A DNA stretch of 64,000 bases from Mobula hypostoma. Taxonomy: Eukaryota. Both the position numbers and the translations under genes were made by a program. Shown here one piece after another: positions 24,968-39,040 of this stretch; the first letter of the stretch is position 1; each line of letters starts with the position of its first letter. Location of the stretch: assembly GCF_963921235.1 (NCBI RefSeq), contig NC_086108.1, positions 53,756,001 to 53,820,000 of the forward strand, given 5' to 3'. The notes beneath the pieces were generated by a model. That model saw only the letters and a list, made by a program, of their open reading frames with translations. It searched no databases and was not told the DNA's origin.

Positions 24968-25865
24968 TTACCTACCACCCCATAAGCTTCCGCATCTAAC
25001 GCATCATCCTCCGCAACTACCACCGTCTCCAAAGGAAACCTAGTACTAAACATATCTTTGCCTCCCCACCTCTCTCCACTTTCCAGACGGATCACTCCCT
25101 CTGTGATTCCCTTATCCATCCATCCCTTCCCACTAATCTCCCGTCCTCACTTATCCCTGCAAGCAGCCAAAGTGCCACACTTGCCCATTCATCTCCTCCC
25201 TCACCTCCATTCAGGGCCCCAGACAGTCCTTCCAGGTGAGGCAACACTTCAGTTTGAATTAGGGTCATCTGTTGTGCCTGATGCTCCTGATGCAGCCGCC
25301 TCTACATTGGTGAGACCCATCGTAAATTGGGGGGATCACTTCATCGAGCACATCAGCTCCATCCACCAAAGGTGGAACTGCACGGTGGCCAAACATTTTA
25401 ATTCTGATTCCCATTCTTGTTCCTCTTGTGCCAAATTGGGGCACCCCTCAAGGTGAAGGAGCAGCACTTTACATTCCATCTGGGTGGCTTTCAACCTGAT
25501 GGTATGAATATCAATTTCTCCTTCTGGTAAAAAAAAATTCCCTTCTTCTTCTCTTCCCCACTCTAGTGTCTTACCTGTTCTCATATGCCTATCACCTCCC
25601 CAAGGACTCCTCTTCCTCCTTCCCTTTCTCCTTTGATCCACTCTCCTCTCCTTTCAGATTTCTACCTCTCCAGCCCTTTATCTTTCCCATTCACCTGGCT
25701 TCACCCATAACCCTCTAGCTAGCCACCTTCCCCTCTCCCCACCTTTTCTGGTGTCTTCCCCTTTCCTTTCAAATCCTGAAGAATTTCAGCCTGAAATGTC
25801 AATCAGTTATTCATTTCCATAGATGCTGCCTGAACTGATGAGTTCTTCCAGCATTTTGTGTGTGT
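24968..25865 (+). mobile_element. 5'-truncated Penelope-like element (decayed GIY-YIG, UTR and tail)
   Basis: Starts at the LTYHP-coding sequence. CAGGGCCCCAGACAGTCCTTCCAGGTGAGGCAACACTTC...CTCTACATTGGTGAGACC. Eroded hammerhead at about 25771-25805. Confidence 0.85.
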
Positions 25866-28672
25866 ACCTTTTATTCATGCTTCGAGACATGCAGCACAAA
25901 GCTACCCTCTGCCAAGTGAGCAGCCACTCTCTGTAACAGCCACAGACATGAGAAGATTTCTGCAGAGAGTCAACCCCTGCAAGACAATCAAGCCAGACAA
26001 CATCCCAGTCTGAGTACTCAGAGAGTGTGCACACTAGCTCACTGATGTATTTGTGGGCATATTCAACATTTCATTCATCCAGGCTGCTGTCCCCAAAGGC
26101 TTCAAATCAGCCACCATCATCCCGGTGCCAAAGAATTCCACATCTTCAAAACTACACGACTATTGCCTGGTGGCTCTGACGCCAATCATGATGAAGTGCT
26201 TTGAACAGCTGGTAATGGCACATATCAAAACGCCATTCCTACCATATTGAGCACTCACTAATATGCTTACCGATAGGACCACTCTATGACAGATGTCATA
26301 GCATTTGTCATGCACCTAGCCCTGACACACCTAGAAAACAAGGACACATGTCAGAATGCTTTGTTTGACATTCAACACTATTGTCCCACAAACCTTGGTG
26401 AACAAACTCCTTCTCCTTGGCCTAAATACACTGCTGTGCAACTGGGTGTTGGACTTCCTACCCAAAAGAGCTCAGATAGTCAGGATACACAACTGCTCCT
26501 CCCTCCCCTTCATCCTCCCCCACCCCCACCCCCCAGGGCTGTGTGCTAAGCCCAATGCAGTACACTCCCCTCACATGACCACATGGCCTAAGCACCCGAT
26601 TAACATATTGTCAAGTTCGCTGGTGACACGACAGTGGTGGGGTTCATCACCAGCAACGATGAGACAACCTACAGGGAGGAGGCGGAAGAGCCTGAGGCCT
26701 GATGCCAGGCAAATAATCCCTTCATCACTGTCAACAAGACAAAGGAGTTGTCAGGGGAATTTGCACCGTTCGCACCCCACTTTACATCAGCGGCACGGCA
26801 ATGGAAACTGTGAGCAGTTTCAACCTCCTGGGAGTGCTCATCTCGCACAGCCTCTCATGGTCCTAGAGCACATTCCACACAATCAGGAAAGCTCACCAAC
26901 GCCTCTACGTTCTGAGGAGAGCTGGACTATACACATCCGTACTCACATCATTCTGCAGGTGTGCAGTAGAGAGCGTCTAACAGGCTGCATCACGGCATGG
27001 TATGGAAACTGTTCTGTGGCAGGCAGGAAGTTCCTACAACGGGTAGTCAACATTGCCCAGTGTATCCCCAGCACCTGCTGACCCACCATCAAGGACATGT
27101 TGTATGTACAGAAAAGAGCCAGTAGCATCATGAAGGATGCCACCACCCAGCTCAAGGACTGTTTGACCCACACCAGGACCACCAGACTCAAAAACAGTTA
27201 TTTTCCCCCAAGCAGCATTATGATCAACACGTCCATTCTCTGACCCACTGCTCCCACAACTACCTTATGTACACACACTCCTCTGCCTAGTGATAATTTA
27301 TGGACATACAATCAATCTGTGTATATAAGCTATCTTATATATTTATATTTTTTACTATTGTGTTCTTAATGTGTTTGTGTTGTGCTGCATCGGATCCAGA
27401 GTAACAATTATTTTGTTCTCCTTACACTTGTGTGCTGGAAATGACGTTAAACAATCTTGAATCTTGAAAAGCTCAACAGAATACTAAATTTTCCAAAGGG
27501 TATCTTCACACTTGAAAAGTTCAAATGATTTAATAAGGCACTGCAAATTATTAAAGGTATTAAAGGCAAATAAAAAACCCAGGGTTATTTAACCAACTAA
27601 AGGACACACAGCCTGATTTTAAAACAGTTCTGGAAAAGGAATTTCCCCAGTCCACAACCATTGGGTCCTAATTCACAAATGCTGATGATGTCACTTGGCC
27701 TGAGTAAAGATGTCACTGTGCCTTTCCCAGTGAAGAGCACAGCAAAAAAAAGTCCTAGTAAAAAGCAGTTCTGCATTCCTCAGGCAGCTTCATGTCTTGT
27801 CAGAAAGTATGGGATTCCCTTTAATGTAACTGCCCAGAACCCTTTTCTCGATGCTGAGTCAAGGCCAACGGCTGCTTCCTGCCCAACGCTGGTGGTGCGT
27901 TAATGAGGCCATGAAGTTGGAATGGTTGTAGCCTCAGATTGCCACAGGCAACCGACAGGAATCTGAATCAAGCAAGTGGTTTCACACCAGAAACCAGCAG
28001 GCACTTAAAATCGACCCCCACCCCCACTTCTGAATGGCAGGTTATCGGATGTGTTAAAGTTCACAGTGAGACTGCCAGCACAGTTACATTAGTGAGTTCT
28101 GAACATGAACGTACATGTCTTGAATTCACATTCAAAATACACAGTTTCATTTGTTGCTATTTAGAGTGAAGAAGTCTCAGGTTATTAGCTTGTGGGAGAC
28201 ACCCAATTCTTGCATTAACCACATCAAAGATGAAAGAGACAGTACAATGTTTGTGAAAAGTGAAGCATGCTGACAGGCCAACAGCTAACTGTTGGAAGAG
28301 CAGCTTTATGATGGATTAGTTGGTCATGTGATGCTAATGTAATGATTCCTACATCACAACGTAAAAGACAAGAGATGACCATTCATTTTTGTGAGCTATA
28401 GTAAGTATAGTATGTCTTTGCTGTTGTAAAGTCCTGGCCAGAGAGATGTTCAGTATCAGGGATCTTCTTCCTTAATTTGCATGATAGAATAAGATCCTTC
28501 TAAGACTTACTGTGTCTAGTACTTATCTCACTTTAATTACTTGCTGATTCATACTGTAGCAAATGATGAGAGTGCTATTTGTTAATTGCTTTTAGTTTGT
28601 TTATGTTATTATTTTAATGCCTGGCATTTTTGAATTTTATTGGTTGTGGAAGTGGTAGAGTTCAAACTCGAT

Positions 28673-28695
28673 ATGGGCCGTTGCGAGTCAGAAGG
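28673..28695 (+). CDS. Tentative short first coding exon MGRCESE(G), host gene unidentified
   Basis: Kozak-compatible GATATGG, consensus donor GG|GTAAGT (phase 2), three CpGs in about 20 bp of unique AT-rich DNA, and an MGxxxS motif. Confidence 0.3.
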
Positions 28696-29094
28696 GTAAG
28701 TTTGATCCGTTCTCCCTACAAACCCCTGCCACCTTGCATTTCTGTTTGTACCCTACACTCCTGGAAATACTACATTAAGAGGGAAATGCTGACTTTATTT
28801 GAGTAACAAATAAAGCATTATTTTCAAATTCTAAACTTGTTTGTCATAGTATTGATGCAGAGGCTGAGAAACATTGTATGCCACAGGGTAGTCACATTGT
28901 ATGTCACAATTATATTTCTGCTTTGCTGGTTATTTCATATACATGGATACAAGTATCACTGTTTCTGGTGGATGTAATCTGACGTGTTTACGTCACAAGA
29001 ACATTCAAATGTGGGCAAGTGAAGAAGGTGATAAGGAATGAAAAAGTGACTTGTTTTGTTATAGTGGCCTACACGATCTCGGGATATTTCTCAC

Positions 29095-29480
29095 CCAAGG
29101 CAGCACTCCTAGTATGGGAACTGCACCAACCTTAATCGCTGGGCACTGCAGAGAGTGGTATGGACAGCCCAGCACATCTGTGGATGTGAACTTCCCTCCA
29201 CTGAGGACATTTACAGCAGCAGGTGCAGAAAGAAAGCCTGGAAGATCATCGGAGACACCGTTCACCCCAACCATAAACTGTTTCAGCTGCTTCTGTCTGG
29301 CAAACGCTACCGCAGCATTAAAGCCAGGACCAGTGGGCTACGGGACAGCTTCTTTCTACAAGCCATTAGACTTGTAAATTCACATGTCTGTACATTACAA
29401 CAGAGTCATAACGCAGAGATTTTTACTCCCTCACATTGTGGGATGGATGTAAGATTTAAGTAAATTCTAATTCTAATTCC
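29095..29480 (+). mobile_element. Rex1-like LINE 3' end
   Basis: VWTAQHICGCELPSTEDIYSSRCRKKAWKII...HPNHKLFQLLLSGKRYRSIKARTSGLRDSFF and a (TTCTAA)n tail. Confidence 0.85.
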
Positions 29481-29499
29481 TGAAATGGAATTCCAAGGC

Positions 29500-29960
29500 A
29501 AAATGCAGTAGGTGTAGGAAATCCAAAATAAAATCAAAACATTCAGCAGGTCAGGCAGTAACTGTGGCAAGAAAAAGATTTAGGTTGACAATTTTTCATC
29601 AGAACTGAGAAAGGAATAACATGAATTTTAAGAAGAGAAAGGTGGGTGGGAAAGATAATAACAAATAGATAATGTGCGAAACAGTAGGTAGGTGAGATCA
29701 AATGACAATTAAAGTGATGTGTAAGACAAAACCTGCAGTCATTGGGGCGAAGAAGGTCAGTCTGAAGAGGATGTGAATTATTGGAGGGAGGCAGAGTGGA
29801 TGCTGGAATTCCATAAATGCCAATTAACTGAATTTTTTGAACTTCAGGTCCAGAAAGAAAGCGAATTTATGTCGAACGTTGTTGGATTGGTATAGGAGAT
29901 AGAGGATGAACAAGTCTGAGAAGGAGTAATGTGCAGAATTAATGTGATATACATTTAGGA
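29500..29960 (-). mobile_element. Old PLE 3' region
   Basis: Reverse-complement tail (ATTCAGCAGGTCAGGCAGTA), eroded TTCATCAGAACTG hammerhead core and purine-rich UTR. Confidence 0.5.
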
Positions 29961-31704
29961 GTTCCTGGAATTCCACATTTGTGGAATGAATAGAACTGTA
30001 CTGAATTGAAGTATCAGCCTTGACGATGTGCAAGATAATTCTACAGTGAGGCTTGAATTGTGATCAGCTGTCTCAGAGGCAGTCAAAGATAACACCATGT
30101 TTTGTATATGGAACGTATTGGTCTGAAGGTTCTGTCTGCCACTGGAGAAACTGGGCCGTTTTGTTTCTATTTTCATTTTCCTGCTGTAATACAAATCCAC
30201 CACAGAAAAGTTCCTAAAACAATGCTTTTTAAAAAAAAATCTCTTTGCTGTGCCCAGCATATTGAACCAGTTACCAGCTTGTGAAAGCTATTTCACTGCA
30301 GGTACCCTTTCTCAACAATACCTGCCGGATTTTTTTGTTAATTGATTTCAATGGTGAAAAGAGTACGTTCTGTAAGGATTTAAAAAAGAATGTAAATCTG
30401 GAGAGAAGAGAGAAAAAGCAGGACAAACAATGACTGGGATTTTACCTGCTGATAAGTAATGACAGTGAAGAATAACGCTGTGCCATCATGCAGGGAGGAT
30501 TAGGCGGTACTTGTCCCCGATTGGTCATCTGTTTGTTTGTTTTGTGTTTCCATGGTGTAAACCCTTGGTTGAAGATTGATCTTCTTTAATTGATTAAATA
30601 TCGTTAATGGGGAAGGAAAGGAATCAATTGGCCATGCAAAGCATCCTCTCACACACAGAGAGAGCTCTTTTCTCTCCATGCTCCTGGTCATACCCTGAAA
30701 TAAAGCATTTGACCATCAGGGCACTGCAGTTAATTAACCTCACAATGATGACATTATTAAGAGATTTGCACATCTAACAAGAGCATGGCAGGACTGACGT
30801 TTTGATTTTTTTTCACGGAAAGCCATACTCATCAGCTCTGCATTGAAATAATATCAACGTGGTCCTTTGACATTCACTTTTACAAACAATTTGGCTAAAA
30901 CCTTTAATGTCATCAAGTTATTATGACAGGCTAAGTCAATGGCTCAGTAGGAAAGTGACCCAGTCTGTTGTTTGAGCTACACATTTCAGGAAGGCTTCAA
31001 GCTCCATTCATAGCTTGCTTTAAAGAAGATTGTTTCACAGAAGCAGAATCATTAATTGATCAAAACATTAGCAGACTGAGAAGAGGGACAAAGTTACCAG
31101 AATAATCCACCCAGATATCTCACACTTGACTCATACTGTAGTGTGGCTTTTGCATGAATTGAAAACAGTGACCTTCTTCATTGTTGAACAATCTGGACAC
31201 TCACTGCCTTGGCCAGAGGATTGTATACTGAAGGATTGTTTCGTAGGGATTGCTGGTATCCATTACAATGCATTCCAGTATAGTTTCTTGGTACTTTCAG
31301 GAGGCAAAGGGGGGGGGGGGGTTGAAAAGACTTATGCCACTTCATACTTGTGGTGTAGAAGTGTCAAAATAGATCATGTAGAAGAGCTGTGTGGTGACTT
31401 GATAATAGCCTCAATTAGATGTGTGCCTCCAGGGTTGGGAGAGTGGAAATCGCAGATATTTATGGAGTATCAGATTTTACTGTGGGCATCATCGGCAGAT
31501 GTTATCATAGATTGGGATGATATCATTCTTAAAAGGATACTTATATTTGTTTTCGTTAAAGTACTTTGTTTTTTCCCCCTATTAAATCATGTTCTGTCCA
31601 TTTTTGTTAAACAGAGTAAACACAGGAGATGGCTGTTTCCGTGGATAAGTTTAGTATGGACATGGTGGAGATCACATCTTGGTTTCCATCCAGCCCCTCA
31701 GTGT

Positions 31705-32240
31705 AGGTGTTATCCATTGGTAGAGCCTATGCCTCTGAGTCAGAAGGTTATGGACACAACTTCTGCTATTGAGCACTAAATGTAGGTGTAATACCATGGT
31801 CAAAGATAACGTTTTTCAGGTGAGACATGAAACTGAATCCCCATCCCCATCGGCCCTCACCACTGGACTGGAAGGGTGCCATAGCACAAGTTTGAAGAAG
31901 AGTCTGCGAGTTCTCTTCATGTCATGGAGCCAGTAGTTATCACTCCTTCCGCAGTGTGAAAACAGATTATCTAGTTGTTATTGTATTGCTTGAACCCATA
32001 GCCTTCTCACTTGAAGGCAGAAGTGTTTCCAACTTCAGCTGAAGCTGACACTGAAAAAAGCAAGGGGAATCAGAAACTTCAGTTATTGAGAAGAGGGTCC
32101 AGTGAGGGTCCTCCTCGGCCCATTAGTTGACTACCAGAGCGCACTTCATTCTTCTGCATTTAAGTTTCAGCCGAGATTTTAGTGCCACATCACATTGCTG
32201 TTTGTGCAAGGTTGTGGTGAAGGGGGGTTTTCCTAAGTGA
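31705..32240 (+). mobile_element. DeuSINE/SacSINE1-like SINE, interrupted
   Basis: tRNA-like head GGTAGAGCCTATGCCTCTGAGTCAGAAGGTT and Deu-domain-like TTTGAAGAAGAG...AAAACAGATTATCT...CACATTGCTGTTTGTG. Confidence 0.65.
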
Positions 32241-35020
32241 AAATGGTCTTAAGCTCGGGGGTGGAAGAATTAGAATTCTCCTGGATGCACAAAAATTAAA
32301 TGCACATCTACAAAACAGAATCAGCACAATTTAATGTATTATATGTAAATTCAATTGGAATATGTTAAGGCACTTCAAGTACAAGACAAACTGTACTTCT
32401 AACTGAAGAAAGGAAATAGACTTCCTGATTTATCTGACCTGAACCTTCATTTTATAATGATTCATCATCTTTCATGAGCTATGTAATCTCTCAGGAGCTG
32501 GGAAATCTTTCACTTGAAATCCCAGGACAGTTAAAAGAATGATATTCGAAAATGTTCTTGCTACATGTGCCAATGAAAAATCAACCCTGAAGCTACGGTA
32601 AGAGCTGAATCAGGTCACTCACCCACGGAGTCTGCTCCGCCCTTCAATTATGGCTGATTTCTAAATAAACCAACATATCCTTCCTCCACTTCTACACAGT
32701 ATACTTTACTGCAGCTCTTTCTAGAAGGAAAATAGCAAATCGCTGTTCATCGTGTCAGTCAACAACCAGTTACAATGATACAATTTTATCTGGGAATAAT
32801 AGCACTGTTTAAATTCAAGCCTAGTTCTGTGTTTGCATCATCCCCTCTCACTATTCCCTTCAGTTTTCCCATGGAATGTGGCATCTCTGGTTGGCCTGGA
32901 AAGGGGAACTGCAGCAGCTCTTGTTGGGAAGACACTTCCATAGCATTGCCGAGCTGTGAACTTCACCCAGAAACCATCAGGGATGGTGAAGCATTTCACT
33001 CTGGCTATGTAGCCAGGAAGTGGCTAAAGCCACATGAGATTACAGATATCACGACCCATGGCAATTTTATAGGGAAAACCGTATGCATTTACTGGAAGAT
33101 TAAGTAAGCTGCAGGTTGCTACCTGCATGTTTTGTGTAAGGCTAAGTGGCTTCTGTTTGCAATGACCCAAAATATGCAGGGAACCTTTGCATTTGGGATC
33201 CAACATTAACCTCTTAATTCTTAATCTGTGAGTTCACCTTGGTGTGAAGACTGCAGGTGCATTTGTTCCAGAGTTGTGTAATGCCTTGTTCACTGGAGGT
33301 ATGTGGATGAGGAAAGCGCCTCACAGTTTTCTGAACATATTTTTAAAAGATTGTAAAACACCAAGTACAAGGGCTTGACAATCTAATTAAATGCTTTGAA
33401 AATGTTGCCTAGAGGCAATGATTGTAAATTCATGAAACTTGTACTTGCTTTTCTCCTAAGTAACACGCCATGGTTGGGATGTTTCATATTTAGTGCCAAT
33501 AAATGGAGAGAGTGCTAGAGCGCTTGGCTGACTGTTACGTTCAGATTATATCAGCCTCTGATGTACCTTTATAGAGCTTGGTTAGCCTATCGAAATTGGA
33601 AGGTCATTAAAAGTTCTCTTTTGTTTCAGATTTTCTTTATTGCTGTGTTCTGCTTCTTACAGTTCCAAAATTGCTAATGTGATTTTCTTTCTTGCTGCCC
33701 ACACTCATCTTCACTGACTTGTACATGGGAAGACTGATCCCTCTCCCAGCTGGCACCTGAAATAACTGTGTCCCCACAATGTCATAGACATTCTTTCTAT
33801 TTGTTAAGGTGAAATTAACAAATTTCACGTCACATGCCAGTGATAATAAACCTGATTCTGATTCTCTAAATGCTCCCCTCGCTGTAACTCGGCATACACT
33901 ATTTTTTTCTCTCGCCTCCAGTTTTGATTTTTAAAAAGTATTTGATCTAGGACATTAATTCTGTTTTTTTTTTTGCTCTGCTGATGCTGCCTGACCTGCT
34001 GAGTAACCCCCAGCATTTTCTATTTTTAACCCAGTGGTGATTATTTGAGCTGTCCATGTGAAGGTGCTAGGAATAAATGTGGGATTTGGACAGTAAGGCT
34101 GAATTTCTGTCTTCATTGCGTCCAGACCACAGTTGGCAGAGGCTACCTTTCCTCCTTTTTTCCCCAATTTTCAGCTTTTGCTCCCCTCCAGGATTCTATG
34201 GCTGGGGTGATCAGAACGTAAATCTTCCCCAAGTGCCCTTTCCAGTTAGAGATATCCTCCATTACAATGGAGCACAGTATGGATCGCTCTCGGTCGGTTT
34301 CTGATACAACTTGTGGATGAACAATCCAGAGTTCAAGCAGTATCAGAAGTATAATTAGTTCTAATTTTACTTCTCGTTCAGCATGCTTGGTTAAAATTGT
34401 CCATCTCTGAGGCGCCTCATGAACTGGATTTAGCACTCTACCTTAGTTCAACAGTTTTTTATATCAATGCCCAGTTTAGCTTTATTAAATCTAGATGAAC
34501 AATTGATATGAAATGTTTACAATGAAAACATCTCTGTGTTTCAAATTAACCACAGTAATGAGGTTTGAGACAGTCATTTGCTAATATGTAACAGTGTGTG
34601 CCAAATTTGTTTCTCCTGTTCATGCAGGATGGCTTAACCCTTGAATGGTTGACAGATTCTAGGAAATCCCATGCCAAGTTTGTTTTCAGTTCATGATAGA
34701 ATTCCTCTAGCAATAAGAATAAATTTGACGTTCCTGAATGACTCAAATAACTACCAAAGGTCTGTCTAATTGCAGATACATTTGACAAACAGTTATATTT
34801 TGTGGTGTTGACTGTATGATAGCAGGTGGGATATTGCAGCCTAGGCTTTGTATGGTTCGACTGCTTTAGGTGGCTGCCCCATGCACTGAAATTAGAGGCA
34901 AAGATTCATAGACCACCGAAAAAGTCCTTTTGGCCCATTGAGTCTGTGCTGACTATTTACAGTAAAATGAGTCTGCAGAAGCACCTTTAACAGAAGAAAA
35001 TATCTCAAAGTTCTTCAGAA

Positions 35021-35062
35021 CCAATTTCACCCGGGATCAATAAAGTATGACTATGACTATGA
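35021..35062 (+). mobile_element. Extremely 5'-truncated LINE tail
   Basis: CCAATTTCACCCGGGATCAATAAAGTATGACTATGACTATGA is the reverse complement of the terminus at 56583-56630. Confidence 0.7.
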
Positions 35063-35124
35063 AGAAGTGTGTACATACAGTATATCTGGACAAAACTGGC
35101 CACTGAACCAAGTGGGACATTTAG

Positions 35125-35950
35125 AACAACATAGAACACAGTATAGAACTGGACAACATATCCAGTGCAGAACATTATGCCAATCTTGATGCCACCTTAT
35201 TTAATTGACCTTCGCCTGTGTATCATCCGTATCCATCCATTCCCTTCATATCTAAAAGCCTCTTAAACTCCACCAAATTGCTTGCTTCACCACTACCCCT
35301 GATAACATAATCCAGGCATTTACTGCACTTTGCATTAAAAAAACTTGCCCCTCACATCACTGTGAAACTTTCTCCTCTAATTTAAAAAACATGCCATTCA
35401 TATTTGACTTTTCTACCCTGAAGTAAAGATTCTGACTGTCTACCTATCCTTGTCTCTCATATCTTTGATGTCTCTCCCTCCCACAATTCACTGCTGTTAG
35501 TGTATCTGTCTTTCCAGCTTTCACAGGGCTCTTTGGTGGTATTGCTCCAGCTTTCACAGGGCTCTTTGGTGGTATTGCTCCAGCTTTCAGGTGCCTATTG
35601 TAGATTGTCCATGATTCAGCTCCATACAGTAATGGAGGAAGCTCGACTGCTCCATAGGCCAAAAGGTTTGTTTGGACCTGTAGGTTACAGTCTGCAAAGA
35701 CTCGTTTCATTATTCTTGCATAGCCTCCACTAGCACAAGGTTTCCTTCTTGAACATAGGCACAGCATTTGTTAGGACCTTGATTGTTGCAAAAATCCTTG
35801 TCAAAGCCCAGAATCTCCTCACTTGCTTCCTTCAACATTCTGGGATATATGCCATCGTGCACTTGGGACTTAAAATATTTAATGCTTTTCAGGAGTCTCA
35901 GCACTACCTTTTCCTCCTCAACCTCAAAATACCACACTCCACCTGCCCTC
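35125..35950 (-). mobile_element. CR1 fragments flanking an RTE fragment (about 35490-35710) that has a 33 bp tandem duplication
   Basis: CR1 DGIYPRMLKEASEEI and RTE-like PPLLYGAESWTIYNRH. The unit TCCAGCTTTCACAGGGCTCTTTGGTGGTATTGC occurs twice at about 35513-35590. Confidence 0.7.
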
Positions 35951-37789
35951 CAAATTCTTATCCACAGTAAATACCACACAAGGTCCTCTTTTAATACCTC
36001 CACCACTTGCTGAGACTACCTGATTGGATGAGCTAAAGCTTGGCTGAAGAGTTTCAAGTAATAGCTTAAAACTGTGGAGTCAGAGATGTTCCCTTTTTTC
36101 AAAACTGACCAGAGTCTTCATAGATCTCTGTCACTTTTGATGTAATTAAGCACATACAATGTATTATATGGGGGTCATGGGATGAAGATCGTGTGCGAAC
36201 ATGGTGATCAGCTGAGACTGATGTGGCACTTCTTACTCAGAGGACAAACTGTTTCCCTTTCTACCTTTCCGACACTCCATTTGCTAGGGAATGCTAATAA
36301 TTTATGTGATAGGGAGGCTTTCTATATAAAAATCCGGGCAATATTCTTTCTACCTCTTTTAATCCTATGAATCCAATTGATTGCCCCTTTACTATGCCAA
36401 AGAGAGAACTAGTTAATTTATCTTAAGCAGGAAGTGAGTTCTCTAATCACACCGTTGACCCTTTATTCATTTTCTCAAGAAACCACAAGAGGAAATTTTT
36501 ATATTCCTTTACATCTTTCCAACTCCTATTCTCAGGCATTAGCCATCATTCCTAAAGCTGGATGTTTCCAGCTGGGACTTGCTGTCTGAAGGAACACTAG
36601 CTGCATGGTAGCTGCTGAACCTGGTCGATTCACAGAATTGATTGGCAGATATCTCATAAATGTAATAGATTGACATAACCTTTCAAAGTCAGAATTCTGA
36701 AATACCACATCATCCCTTGCATTGAAAAGTTCCAAAAACCAGCTGAATGGTCTCTCTGCCTATGAGTCTCATTTTAAATCACATAAAATGAAGAGAAGCC
36801 ACTTTATATTCACAACACAGTAAGTATTAATTTTGTAACTGTTAACATTATGTCCAAAATCACAAACAATGAGAAGTTTGTTTTCGTACAATTTGTGTCT
36901 TGACTTTGTCATCTGACTTGCTCTTTATGGTGTCATCCTTGCTTCCCAACAGTGCCTTTCTGTTCCAATTATTCAGGGTTCCATATAAGGTTGACATTGA
37001 AGGAATTTTGGGCACCCAAAGAATCAAGTGATGTAGGAATCATGTGTAAAAGGATACGTGAGGGACAGAGTCTGCCATGATGTTCTTGAGTGGAGCAGAT
37101 TTGAGGAGCAGCAGCGGTGACTGCTGTTCCATTTCTGCAGGCTCCCATATTCGCACTAAATATGATCAACAGAGTGAAACTGGTGCTGAAGAAACCGTAC
37201 CTCAATATAGTCAGGTCACTCACTTTGCCTCCTTGAGCTGAATTCAGTCCATTTGGCATCAGCTGGAGCTGTCTTTAAATGACTTCTTATAAAAATACTG
37301 TTGGAATGAGTAAGCTAAAGAAGATAATGTATGTTTTATAATGTTATGATTTGCTTGCTCTAATTTGAAGATTTGACAGCTGGGAAAAAATATTCTGGTT
37401 TGGCCATTGTTTGCACTGATATTTGTCGTGTATCTTCTTTCACCACTCTAATCTTGAGAGACAGGCATGACTTAGGTTGTATTACACAGATGGCAACCCT
37501 CATGTTGATATTGAGTTCCGCACATGGCTTTCCTGTTCCAACCACAGCAAAAGAAAACAAAAACCTTTCATCTCATCATATTACATGCTTTCCATTAGTT
37601 CTGCAGGTGGTGTAACAGGTAAATGCATGATTTTTCACCATAAAATTAAAGTCTCTCTGGCTTAATGCGTGGTCTATGCTGAGTGGTCTTGATTTCAACC
37701 AGTTTGCTCTTGAGACCACAAATGTAATTAAGTTGATAATGTCATTATTGTTTGCTGAAAGTTACTGTCCTTCTCTTGCCTTCACATGT

Positions 37790-39040
37790 TCTACTTTTAT
37801 CTCCACTTAACTCTTCCCTTTCTACTGTTTCTCCTTCTCAGAAAACAAGATAGCGACCGGTACCCATTACAAGCTTACAGTTATCGTGATTACACCTCTT
37901 CCCTCCCCACTTCATGTAAGGATTCCATTCAGTCTTTGTCTCTGTAACATTCATTCTGGGATAACATTTCTTTTTGTTTAACTACAGCTTCTCTAATAAA
38001 GGCCACAGGGTTCTCAGCTGCATCTCATCTATTTCTGCCCTTCCTGCTCTCAACTCCTCCCAGCCCAACAAGGATGGAGTTCCTCTTGTCCCCACCTTCC
38101 ACTCCACCAGCCACCATGCTCAGCAGATCACCATCTGTAGTTTATGCAATCTTCAATGAGATTCCTCTAACAAACACATTTCCCCTCCCATCTGCTTTCC
38201 CTGTACCTTTCTCGACTCCCCATCCCTTCACCAGTCACTCCCCTTCTTATCGCCCTTCCCCAAACAACACTGGAGATTCAACACTGCTCTTCACAATCTC
38301 CAGAGATCCAAATAACCTTTCTCAGTAAAGCAGCAATTCACTTGCAGTTCTTGTAATCCATTCTGTGTTCATGATGTGACCTCCACTGTACTGGAGAAAT
38401 GCATATTGAATGGCAACTTTCAGATCACTTCTGATCTGGCCATTTGTGCCCTGTCACTTTTATTTTCCGTTTTCCATCCATTCCCTCCCAGATATGTTTG
38501 TTTACTATTCTAATTAAGTTCAATATAAAAGAGGAACAGTGCATTATCTTCAGTCCAAATGTATTGCTGCACTCAGAACTCAATTACAAATTCAGCTCTT
38601 CAGATAACCAGCCTTTTCTGGTCAATTCTGATGTAAGGCTAACATTAACTTTTCTTTCTCGACAAATCCTACCTCATTTGCTGGGTATTTCCAACATTGT
38701 CTTTTGTTTCAGATTTTTAGCTAATGCATTGTTCCATGTCTCAATATTCCAGCATGATTTTTTGCTTGTTTTATCCTCCCCCTCTAACTGCTCATATTAA
38801 CTAGATCATTTTGAAAGAATTGTATCACACTGATAAACTGGATCTCCGTCCAGAACCTTAATTCCATCTCTTCTCCATCTCTACTCTCTACAGTTTAAAA
38901 CACATGTTCCTCCCCTTTCCAGTGTTGATAGTGGGTCTTTGACCTGAAAGATTAACACTTTCTCTGTCCTCAGAATGCTATCTGAGAATGCTGAGTATTT
39001 CCAGTACCTCATTTCTAATGTACACTTCCATTATCCTAAT
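37790..39040 (+). mobile_element. Old, highly diverged PLE with two eroded tails
   Basis: NKDGVPLVPTFHSTSHH motif (ORF 37974-38159) and tail remnants at about 38620-38740 and 38920-39040. Confidence 0.65.

Larger units (their letters stand above)
23170..27468 (+). mobile_element. Near-full-length decayed Rex1/Babar LINE (APE and RT), interrupted by a Tigger and a PLE
   Basis: APE-like remnants at 23170-23780. RT remnants [42 protein letters not shown] and GCITAWYGNC. Tail CTTGAATCTTGAA. Confidence 0.9.

Noticed and set aside
31126..31779. 217 aa ORF
   Set aside because: Non-ATG start, no recognisable domain, and it runs through a G tract and into a SINE head.
32539..32603. ATG-initiated frame ending at CG|GTAAGA as another phase-2 exon
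   Set aside because: The donor-like sequence is the start of a decayed CR1 terminus, so it is probably coincidental.
34192..34304. Strong polypyrimidine acceptor followed by a short open frame
   Set aside because: No recognisable peptide, donor or polyadenylation context.
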